The notes under the pieces: model-generated
Databases searched by the model: none
What the model was told of the DNA's origin: nothing
What the model saw: only the letters and a program-made list of their open reading frames with translations
NCBI RefSeq assembly: GCF_000315625.1
Contig: NW_005434647.1
Location: forward strand, 1 to 49,504
DNA length: 49,504 nucleotides
Source of the DNA: Guillardia theta CCMP2712
Lineage: Eukaryota; Protista; Cryptophyta
Reading direction: 5' to 3'
Translations under genes and position numbers: made by a program
Shown: piece after piece, positions 39,494 to 49,504 of the stretch
Numbering within the stretch: the first letter of the stretch is position 1
Layout: the number at the start of each line of letters is the position of its first letter

Positions 39494-42400
39494 ATGAAGC
39501 GCACTGTGACGATTATTTCAGTGGAAGAGAATCAGCCGCCGTACACAGGCAAGATCTGCTGTATTGGCGCTGGTTACGTGGGAGGACCCACCATGGCCAT
39601 GGTGACGAGCGTCTTCATAATGGTCTGTCGCTGAGAGAGTGTGGTAGGTGGCGTTGAAGACAGGTCTCACTGTGACTGTGGTGGATCTTAACAAGCAGGT
39701 TCAAAGGCTCTGATTCCCTAAGTCAACGGCTGATTGTTCTTTTGCAGAGGATCGATGCTTGGAATAGTGACAGGCTGCCAATTTACGAACCTGGTCTCGA
39801 GGAGGCAAGCAGGACTGAGACGACCCCATGCGTGTGTGACTTGTCCTCTCTAGGTCGTCAAGCAGACCCGAGGGAAGAATCTCTTCTTTAGCACAGATGT
39901 GGAAGCTGCTGTAAGAGATGCGGCGATCATCTTTGTTTCTGTCAACACCCCAACCAAGGAGTATGGCTTCGGCAAGGGACGGGCAGCAGGTGCAGCACAG
40001 ACGCTTGTGCTCTCCGGTTGACTTTCCGAGTCAGACTTGACTTATTGGGAGGGAGCTGCTCGCTCCATTAGCAAGGCGACAGTTCCGGGCTCGGCTTTGT
40101 TCCAAGGATTCAAGATCGTGGTCGAGAAGAGCACTGTAAAACGAGGAGGAGGAGAGCAGGAGCAGAGGCATGGGGCAGGGGCAGGGGCAGGGGCTAGGGG
40201 AGCATTATCCTCATTCGGCTCCACTCGCAGGTTCCGGTCAGCACGGCTGACGCCATGACATGTGTGCTCCAAGAGAACTGCCCTGCTGGGGTTCACTTCC
40301 AGGTAGAGCCGAGCTGGCGTTGGAGAGACAATCTTAGTCTTCTCAAGGTGTTGTCAAACCCGGAGTTCCTTGCGGAGGGGACGGCGATCGCTGACCTGAC
40401 GCAACCTGATCGAGTTCTCATCGGAGGGTCCATGGTCTTGATGCTCCGTCCTCCAACGTGGTCTCACTTTCTCCCCGCAGAGCAAGGAGGGAATCATGGC
40501 GATCGAGGCCCTTGCTTCCGGTAGCCTACCCCTTTCTCTTCCTATCTCTTCACCAACCTCTGACCTTAGCATCTCTTCCTCTCCCTCTCCCTCTCCCTCT
40601 CCCTCTCCCTCTCTCCTTTTCCCTCTCCCTNNNNNNNNNNNNNNNNNNNNNNNNNNNNNNNNNNNNNNNNNNNNNNNNNNNNNNNNNNNNNNNNNNNNNN
40701 NNNNNNNNNNNNNNNNNNNNNNNNNNNNNNAGAGATTCCTACAGGGAGCCCATCCCTCCTCCCTCTCTCCTTTTCCCTCTCCCTCTCTCCCTCCTCTCCC
40801 CTCTCCCACCCTCTCCCTCTCTCACTCTCTCACTCTCTCCTTCTTTCTTGATTTCACTGCTCACTTTCCACCGTAACCCAGCCGTTCATATTCTCTCCCT
40901 CCCCCCACCCTCCCTACCTCGCCTCTCTCCACCTTGTTTTTCTTTTTGTCTTCTCTGGTCTGACTTCTCCTCAGTCTACGCTCATTGGGTCCCGCGCGAG
41001 AGGATCGTGAAATGTGATCCTCTTGCCTTGCTCTCTTCGCTGCCTCACTCGAATACCTGCAGCCAACGTCTGGTCAGCTGAGCTCTCGAAGCTGGTAGCC
41101 AACGCCTTCCTGGCTCAGGTCACCCTCGCACCACCCGCCTCCTCATTTCCTTTGAACAAGTGCTGTGTGACTTTGATAGCAGAGAATCTCATCCGTGAAT
41201 GCTCTTTCGGAGCTCTGCGAGGCTACAGGAGCGGACATCGACCATGTCGCCTCTGCCATCGGCTCTGATCCGGGCATCGGCCCTAAGTTTCTCAAGTGCG
41301 GGCCCGGCTTCGGAGGCTCTTGCTTTCAGAAGGACATTCTAAACCTGGTCTACCTCTGCCAGTCCGCTGGCCTCACTGACGTCGCCGAGTACTGGCTGCA
41401 GGTAGATGGGAACTGAACGTGATGGGCAGCAGCTGACTTGGTCTTGTCGCTCCTCCCTCTCTCCTCTCCTCTTCTGCAGGTCATCCGCATGAACGACCAT
41501 CAGAAGAGACGCTTTGGAAAGCTCATCGTCGACACCATGTGAGCGGTGCTCGCTCCTCCTGCGGCTTCTCACGTCCTCAGGTTCAACACCATCAACGACA
41601 AGAAGATTGCTGTCCTCGGCTTCGCCTTCAAGGCAAACCCCTCGAGCTCTTGCCGCTTCTGATGCTCGTGCAGGCTGACACTGGAGACACGCGCGAGTCG
41701 CCGGCGATCGACATCTGCGGGACGATGCTGAACGAGAACGCCAAGGTCCTCCTCTTCTCCTTGCTGTATACGTAGACATGGCCTCATGCTCGAACACCCT
41801 CTTCCGTAGTTTTTCCCTCCCCCCGCTCCTGCTGATCTCTTTCTGCTTTCTTTTCTTCCTTGCTCGCATTCCCTCCAAGTTCTTCACTTCCTTACGCTGG
41901 TCAGGTCACTGTCTTCGACCCTGAGGTCACAGAAGATCAGGTGCTGTGAAGCTTCAGCTACACAAGTTTTGACACTGCCTGTGCCCTTCCCGCCTTCTCC
42001 CTCCTCTCTCCTCTCTCCCTCCTCTCTCTCTCCTCTCTCCCTCCTCTCTCTCTCCTCTCCCTCCTCTCTCTCTCCTCTCCCTCCTCTCTCTCCGTCAGAT
42101 CCGCAGGGACTTAGCTTCTTTCGACAAATCGAACAGACTCACAGTTGTCAAAGGTAAGGTTTCTCACTCGGATGTCTTCCCCTCCCCTCCCCTCCCCTCC
42201 CTTCTTTTCCTTCCTCTCCCCTCTCCTCCTCTTCCTTCGACTCCCCTCGCTTCCCTTCTCCTTGTCTCTTCCTGCCTCTCTGACGGCTGCTATCATCATC
42301 TTACACACCGCACGTTCAGACGCCTACGAAGCTTGTCAACAGGCACACGCTGTCGTAATCATCACCGAGTGGAAGTGAGAACTCTTGTCCCTTTCCTGTT

Positions 42401-42754
42401 TACCCCCTTCCCCTCCTCCTCCTCCTCCTCCTCCCTCTCCCCCTCCTGCCCTTCGTCCTTTCTGATATGTCCATCATTTCCACCTTGTTCTTAATTTTGC
42501 TCGCTTGTTCCGGCTGAGCATCGCTACTTCAGGCAGTTCAGAGATCTCGACTACCGCCGCATCTTCGACACCATGTGCAAGCCAGCCTTCATCTTTGACG
42601 GCCGCAACATCCTCGACCACGACCAGCTGCAGGTATCTCATCCACCCATTTCTCGCCTGCCCCAGCTGACGTTGAGCAGAGTATCGGGTTTCGCATTCAA
42701 GGCCTGGGAAAGCCAAAGACGTGGAACTGGCGTTTCTGCTCGAGCAACCAGTGA
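39494..42754 (+). CDS. UGDH: UDP-glucose 6-dehydrogenase, many exons
   Basis: [94 protein letters not shown]. Confidence 0.96.
40631..40730. other. Assembly gap (100 N) inside a pyrimidine-rich UGDH intron
   Basis: Run of N. Confidence 1.
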
Positions 42755-42814
42755 GCTTGAGTCCAGCTAGTAGGCCTTTCGATCCCATGAAACGTGTTGC
42801 CATCAGCCATATTT

Positions 42815-43130
42815 ACCGCGGCACTGCCTCAGTTGCTCCCCGGGCCTCTCACGGCCACGCCCGGCCTCGTGATCCGATGATCGAGTCAGTCCCACCGTTC
42901 ACGGTCTGCCAGGCTGAAGTCTACCAGGAGTCAGGAAGGCGAGGGCCGAGCGGCCGCCGGACGGCGCCGGATCCCCGCGACACTCGGCGCAGTCCTGCCG
43001 GGGCCGGCGGACTCCTCCCGGCCGCAGCCTGAGGCCGGGCTCCGAGGCTGTCGGGGGCCGCCGATTGACTCTGAGTCCTTCCGGGCTGAGTCAGTCCCGG
43101 CACTGCCGGGTGTCCCGCCGCGGCACTCAG
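42815..43130. other. GC-rich palindrome-dense block (class GC, copy 6)
   Basis: GAGTC/GACTC, CTGAG/CTCAG, CCGG, CGGCCG, GCACTGCC words. Confidence 0.65.
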
Positions 43131-43386
43131 CAAGTAATTCTGAGGCAGGCTCGAAATAGTGTCGGGCAGTTGAAAATGCGGTTTGCCCTTCTTTTTCAGT
43201 CAATAAAAGAGTTGGTTGGCCGCGAAAATGCTGCAAGGGGGGAAGCGAGCGATGGCAAGAGAAGGGGCAGAAGCGACTATGCCTCCTCCTCCTCCTCGTC
43301 GTCGTCGTCGTCGCCTCGTCGCCTCGTTCTTCTCATCTCGTATCCTCGTCTCTTCCTCACTGTTGTAGCTCATCCTCAGCGGCTCC

Positions 43387-45667
43387 ATGGACCTCCGTGG
43401 CGAGATTACGAGCTTCTTGGCTCGGTTAGAAAGGGAGCATGAGAGCGGCGAGAAGGAGGCGGAACTGATGGAGATCATGCGAACAGATGTGGAGCTGTGC
43501 GTGAGAGTGACATGTCAGCTCTTCTGCTCCGAGCTTCTTCACCTCTCCTCCTATCAGAGCAACTTGCTGCTGTCCTGCCTTCGACAGACTGTGGAAGAGG
43601 AGGCGAGGGACGACAAGCATGCCTCTTCCTTCCTCCGCTCGCTGCTTTGCCTTCCTCATCTGCGGCAGGGGATGGTTCCGAGGGTCGCGTCAGTCGTGGC
43701 GCTCCTGGTGGGTCTGAACGCTTCCGTCTTCCTGCTCTTCAAGGAATACTTCTGTGAGATTTTGCCGAGAAGCGAAGAGAGCGTGAAGATAGCCCTCCTC
43801 TCCGTCATGGATGTCTGTGCGGACCGAGTGAAGGGGGATCGTGACCTTCTCCTCCTCCTCTTCCCCCTCCTTGATCATCCTTCCCCGATCATCGTTGGTA
43901 GCACCCTCCATCTCCTCGACAACGTGTTCCGGACGGAGGATGAGGTGAGCATCTACTTCCTGAGACGCGCGCTAGTCACTGGAGTGACTTCTCCTCCCAA
44001 CGTCGATCTCGTCGAGGACCAGGACGTCCACTCCTCTCCCCTCCGTGTCGTTGACGGCAGCGCCCTGTTCCATCTCAAGGAGGTCAGGCAGGAGGAGGAG
44101 GAGGAGGAGGAGTCAGCGTGCAGTGTGGCCGAAGAGTTTCTGTTGCAGAGGATTCCTTACCAGTTCCCTCCTATGGTCAAGGCCGCTCTCTTCCTGCTTG
44201 ACAGCAGCAGCTCGTTGAGTCTTCGCATGGCCAGGAGGGCGCTCCTGCTGTTCGGCCCTGGAGGAGCCTCGCAGAGGGTGGCGGGAAGACTTTTTGCTGC
44301 TATGAGAGAAGAAGCCTCCTACCAGTTTGCAATGCGCTCCTTCAAGACCCTCGTGCCATGCAGGACTGGGAGGAAGGAGGAGGAGGAGGAGGATGGACGC
44401 AAGGAGTTTTCGAGGACGGCAGGGAGGAGGTTTCTACAGCTTCTGCGATCCTTCTTCCTTCACGGTGAGTTCGACATGCGGGGTTGGGACGGGAGCGTGC
44501 GGCTGCAGGAGCTGATGGACCACGTGGAGGAACTGAAGGAGGCAAAGGCACGGCAGGGGAGTATGGAGGTGGATCATCGTTTCCTCCTCGAGAGCTCCCT
44601 CCTCGTCCTCGAGAACTCCAGCTGGTCCGCCAGCTCCGAGGAATCTGACGCCCTCGTTCGAGAGCTCCTGCTCTTCCTCCGACATCCCTTTGCCCTGCGC
44701 AACGCATGGCTGCGACGCCTCCTGGTTCGAGCTGCAGCTCGGGCAGCAGCTGGCAGAAAGGAAGAGAGGAAGATGAGAGAGATGGAAGAGGGTGAGGAGG
44801 AAGAGCAGGGAGAGAGTCTGCAGCTGCTTCTCGAGGTGGTGTGCATGACAAAGAAGAAGCTGTGGAGGACAGCAAGGGGGACGCGCCCTGTTTGCGGCCT
44901 TCTCAGGGAGCCGGTGCTGGGAGCAAGTCACTTCCTCGACTACCTGGAGGAGCGCGAGGAGAAGGAGCCGGCAAAGAAGCAGCATGCTGGGTTCGGGTTC
45001 GGAGGAAGAGCAGGAGGAGCAGGAGAGATGCCCAAAGGCTTCGGATTCATCAACCCAGCGCGTCAGGGAGGAGGAGGACTCGGAGGAGGAGGGGCAGGAG
45101 GGGGAGAAAAAGGAGGGGGAGCGGGAGGAAGTAGTGGTGGATTTGGAGTTGGGAAAGGAGGAGGGGGAGGATGGGGGCGTGAGAGCAATCTCCGGGAGGG
45201 CAGCAAGGAACAAAAGCAAGATGGTAAATTCTCAATTTTCATGTTCTCTTCTCGTGTCTGTTCTCCTCTTCCTCCTCCTCCTCTTTCTCATCTCTCCTCT
45301 GATCATCTCCCTTCTTCTCTTCTTCTCTTCTCTTCTCTCCTCTCCTCTCCTCTCGTCTTCTCTTCTCTTCTCTCCTCTCCTTTCGTCTTCTCTTCTCTTC
45401 TCTTCTCTTCTCTTCTCTTCTCTTCTCTTCTCTTCTCTTCTCTTCTCTTCTCTTCTTCTCTACTCTTCTCTTCTCTTCTCTTCTCTTCTCTTCTCTTCTC
45501 TTCTCTTCTCTTCTCTTCTCTTCTCTTCTCTTCTTACATGCTTGTAGCCGTGCAGGTGAACCATAAGAAGGCAGGAGATGAAAAGACATTCCCAAAACCG
45601 GTGAAGATCAAAGCTCCCTCCTCCTCCGCCTCCTGCTCCTCCTTCCCACCCCCAAACCCCCCCCTCT

Positions 45668-45699
<32 letters not shown>

Positions 45700-48600
45700 A
45701 CTTTTCTCTCCTATTCCTCTTACTCCTACTTCACCCGCTACTCCATTTTTGCGATCATCCTGATGGAGTCAAACGAGCATTCTTTGCTCTCCTCGCCTTC
45801 GCTGAGCTTCTCATGCCAGGGCGATCGAGTACGTATGACGTACAGCATGCGACTTGTGGATGGCGGGTGAGATTCTCTCCTGCTCATGCTCGTCCTCCTT
45901 CCCCTGCCCCTGCCCCTGCCCCTGCTTGTCCTCATCCTCGTCCTGCTCCTGCTCGTTGGTCTCAAGTTGTTATGCCCAGGAAAGAAATCGACTCGAACGA
46001 ACAGCGGTCCAAGGAGTTTTCATTTATCTTCGGTGATGGGCAGGTCCTTTCTCTGCGGCGGGGGAAGGGGGAAGGTGAAGGGGTCCGTGGCAGGTCATTG
46101 CAGGCTTGGAGGAGGGGTTGTCAAGGATCAGCGTAGGAGGGGAGGCGACGCTGAAGATCTCGCAAGCTCTCGGTGTTTTCTCTGCCCTCGGGCATCATCA
46201 TGATCACTCGATCCTTCGCACTCCTTCCTCTCCTCCTTGCCCGCTCTCTTTGTCTTCTCCTTCTCACCCTCCTCCGTCCCTCCTTCCTCTTGTCTCCCCC
46301 CTCGTCTTCAGCTCCTACCTGATCGTCTTCTCAGCTTATGGAGAGAAGCCCATCGGCTCGCTCATTCCTGCTCGGGCGAATCTTCTCATGGAGGTCAGAC
46401 TAGCCTCCTCCTCTGCCTTCCCTTGTTCCTCCTCTCCCCACCTTCTCCTCCACAACTCTCCCTTCGTCTTCCCTCCCCATCTTCCCATCATTTTGTTTCT
46501 CCTCCTCGTTCTCTACTTTATGACTTCTCCTGCTCGCTGGAACCACTTGATCGCCTTAACCCATCCTCTTCTCTCACCCTCTTCGTCTTTCTCTCTCCTC
46601 CTCTTCTGCTGCTGATCGTCCCGATCTTTCATGTCCAGGTCAAAATGATTGCCGTGAATGACAATGACGGAACGGTGGTGAAACACGAAGAGGGGGGAAG
46701 GCTGCAGGAGGAGGAGAGGAGGAGGAGGAGCGACAACAATTTATGAGATATGAGATGGAGGAGGACGCGGCTGTGAGGGCAGAGGTGGTGGAGGGATTGA
46801 GCTTGACGTTTCAACGTCATCCGCGCTCTCTGATCTCAGTCCTCCCCCTCCTCGTCGAGGGTTTCGACGACGAGAGTCAGATGGTGCAGGAGGCGATCCG
46901 ACGATGCCTGCGGGTTGTCGCGAGCAGGTCGAGAAGGGTGAAGGCTGCCGTGTACAAGAGCTTGTCGGAGAGGATGAAGGGAGGGCAGGAGGAGGGAAAA
47001 GCTGCGGGAGTAGGGAGAAGGCAAATCTCTGCCAGTGCTAGAGCAAGCATGCTCCGTACGTTGATCGATCTTGCCAGAGCAGAGGAGGAGGAGGAGGAGG
47101 AGAGGAACGAAGAACTGCTGCAGCAGACCTCTGAGCTGCTTCAGATCTCCTCTGAAGTTGTTCGCAACTTAATGGCGAATGGAGCTGACGAGGAAGTGAA
47201 GGTGAGGAAAGGAGAGGGAAGAGGGCCAGCGCCAGGGCGAGAGCGGTAGGGACGAGGATGGGGGGGGGAGAGAGAGAAGGGGAAAGGGAAGGATCCTAAC
47301 AGGATGTCAGATGCTAGAGGAGGCGATCAAGACTGGCGAGTCCGCACTCTGTTGTCATCTCAGACGAACAGTCAGGGAGGAGGAGCACAGGACGGCTGTG
47401 CGGGCGGAGGTCCGGAAGGAGGCTGCCTCCTCCCTCCTCCACCTCCATCAGTCGCTCGCTCACGACAGTCAGCGAGTCTTCTCCGTCCCCCATGCGCTCT
47501 CCTGCCTGCCCTACAGCGAGCTGACGTCCTTGCCGCTCGGAGACCTCCCTACTCTTCCTGCTCCTGCTCCTGCTCCTGCTCCCCTCTCGCAGCAGATTCG
47601 AAGAGCATACGAGGCGACGGGCTGCCTGTCGGAGAGGGAGGGGCAGGTGGAGGGATGGATCGACAGATACGCGAGGAGACGAGGAGCGTCGCACCTTCAT
47701 CGCAGAGAGCGCGAGACTTTCATGCGAGCATGCAGGAGCCTCTTCATGCAGCAGAGACACTCGCAGCTGGAGCAGCTTGTGCTTGCAAGGCTGGAAGAAG
47801 TAAGGAAGGAGGAGGGAAGGAGGAGGGAAGGAGGAGGGGAGATGAGTCAGGAGGTATGCTTTCTTGCTCTCACCAGGCTTGCAGACCTCCGAGCTTTTGC
47901 CTTGGATGGAGAAAAAGGAGGAAGAGGAGGATACTACCTTCTCCATAAGGGTCGACCACCTGGACTCTCTCTCCCTCCCAGGCCTGGCTGACGTCTTGCC
48001 CGAGGGCGAGGGTGGTGAGCGTCTCTTGCAGCAAGCACTTCAGGTCCTCTCTTACCCTCCCCCTCCTCCCCCTCCTCGCCATTCCCTCCCCTCCTTCCCC
48101 TCCTCCCCCAGCCTCATCTTCTCGATCAGCCTCACTTCCTATCAGGCGTCTTTCCATCCACGAGCGCACGTCAGACTCTCTGTACTTCCCGTGCTCTACC
48201 GGTGAGAGGAAAATCCCAACAAGCTTGCGCTTATCCTCCTCCTCCTCCCTCCTCTTCACCTTCCCTCCTTCTCCTCCTCTTCCTTCTTTTCTTCCTCCCT
48301 CCTCCTCCTCCTCCTCCTCCTCCTCCATCACCAATTTCCGTCTCTCTCCTCGTTTTCATCCCCTGCCGCATTCTCAAGAGATACGCAGAATCGCGAAAGA
48401 GGAGTGGAGCAGGATGCCTTCCTCTCAGCTCCTTCCAGCTGTCCAAAGGTGACTCTGCTTCCTCCTCCTCCTCCTCCCCCTCCCCCTCCCCCTCCCCCTC
48501 CCCCTCCCCCTCCCCCTCCCCCTCCCCTTCTTCGCTTCATGTGCATCATCTTGCAACTCCTCTTTCCTCTCTCCCTTTATCGAGCTCGTCTGACGGTCGT

Positions 48601-49152
48601 CCAGCGCTCGTCTGCTGCGCAGGGACCTGGTGGGCAGGAGCAAGGAGGTCATCGGGTGGGAGCATGAGGAGCGAGCGACGAGGGCTCTTGCTGCTCTCCT
48701 GCGCTTGTCCTGTGACGCGAGCTCCCTTGTATCCCGCGACTCGATGGCGCTGGTGGCCCTCCTGGCACAAGAGGTCTCCCCTCAACCCGATCGTCTCCTT
48801 TCAGAGCCTCTGGGCCGTTGCTACCCGCCAGCATGGAACCAGGCATCGTCTTCTCCCTCCTCTCCTCCCTCCTCATGCTGACTCCCTTCGTCACCGCAGG
48901 TTCTCGTGGAGCTGAAAGAGAAGCAGGCAGGAGAAGAGCAGCAGGAGCTTATCTACCCCATGTACGTCGACTCGTCCCTTCCGTACGATTTTGCGGGGAG
49001 AGAAAGGATGGAGAGCTACACGATGAAGATGCGACAAGGAAGGAGGAAGGAGCCTGAGGGATGGAACGTCTGCCAGGTGATGGTCAGGCTTGCAATAGGT
49101 TCCAAGGTGCTGACCCTCCTGCCAGCATCGCCTGGGTTATTCGGTCCGGTGA
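43387..49152 (+). CDS. Large alpha-helical (HEAT/ARM-like) protein with Gly/FG-rich linker and internal FKBP-type PPIase domain
   Basis: Leu-rich helical 5' exon; spliced FKBP: GDEKTFPKP-GDRVRMTY..-KEIDS..EFSFIFGDGQ-VIAGLEEGL..SVGGEATLKI-AYGEKPIGSLIPARANLLMEV; further helical exons; 3' end uncertain and may extend past the window. Confidence 0.7.
45316..45535 (+). repeat. Intronic (TCTTC)n microsatellite
   Basis: Direct reading. Confidence 0.95.
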
Positions 49153-49359
49153 CAGGAGTCCCAAATTGTATCTTCCTGAGCTTGAGCTCAAGGAGAATGT
49201 GAGTGCAAGGGGGGATGATGTAGATAACTTCTTGTAGTCTTTACTCCTTCCCTTACTCCTCCTCCTCCTCCTCCTCCTCCTCCTCCTCCTCCCCCTCCAT
49301 CCCCTTTCCCGTATGCCCCCTTCCCTGCCCCCTCCCCTCTTTATCTTGTCCTCTACCTG

Positions 49360-49445
49360 CTTAAAAACTATTATATATATATAAGTTATTTTTGCTGGTA
49401 CCAATCTTTAAAAGTATATTAAAACAGGCGGACCCTAAAACTCTC
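49360..49445. other. AT-rich block (TATATA/CTAAAA words)
   Basis: Abrupt AT island within GC-rich sequence. Confidence 0.45.
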
Positions 49446-49504
49446 GGCGCCCTCTTCCTCTCCCCGTCGTGCCTCCTGCCGCCCAAGTTCCTCCTCCTCC
49501 TCCT

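Noticed and set aside
45226-45548. SSLLF-repeat hydrophobic segment in the 827-aa ORF
   Set aside because: Read-through of a (TCTTC)n intron bounded by GT (~45224) and TAG (~45547)

Overview
Gene-dense eukaryotic nuclear DNA with short (~40-80 nt) spliceosomal introns, microsatellite-filled introns and a probable bipartite plastid-targeting presequence. The style suggests a cryptophyte alga such as Guillardia theta, but that is inference. About 15 intron-containing genes are visible: a NEK2/NIMA-like kinase with extra domains, a TVP38/TMEM64 (DedA) protein, class I DAHP synthase, a possible HEIP1/REDIC1-like protein, PP2C, ATP synthase subunit g, HYOU1/GRP170, a bestrophin-like channel, a two-cNMP-domain protein, a SANT+Tudor protein, UDP-glucose dehydrogenase, a large helical protein with an embedded FKBP domain, and several unknowns. 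The most striking signal is non-coding: three recurrent kinds of intergenic block share short-word vocabularies without being colinear repeats. (1) Very GC-rich blocks packed with short palindromes recur every ~7-10 kb and often sit where base composition and intron style change. (2) Strand-biased TACCCC/ACCACCC blocks, most carrying ACCGGT(AC), occur at all six divergent gene junctions. (3) AT-rich CTAAAA/TTTTAG blocks adjoin the other two. A ~500-bp imperfect foldback lies between two GC blocks. Gene boundaries were deduced by hand from splice signals and are approximate.
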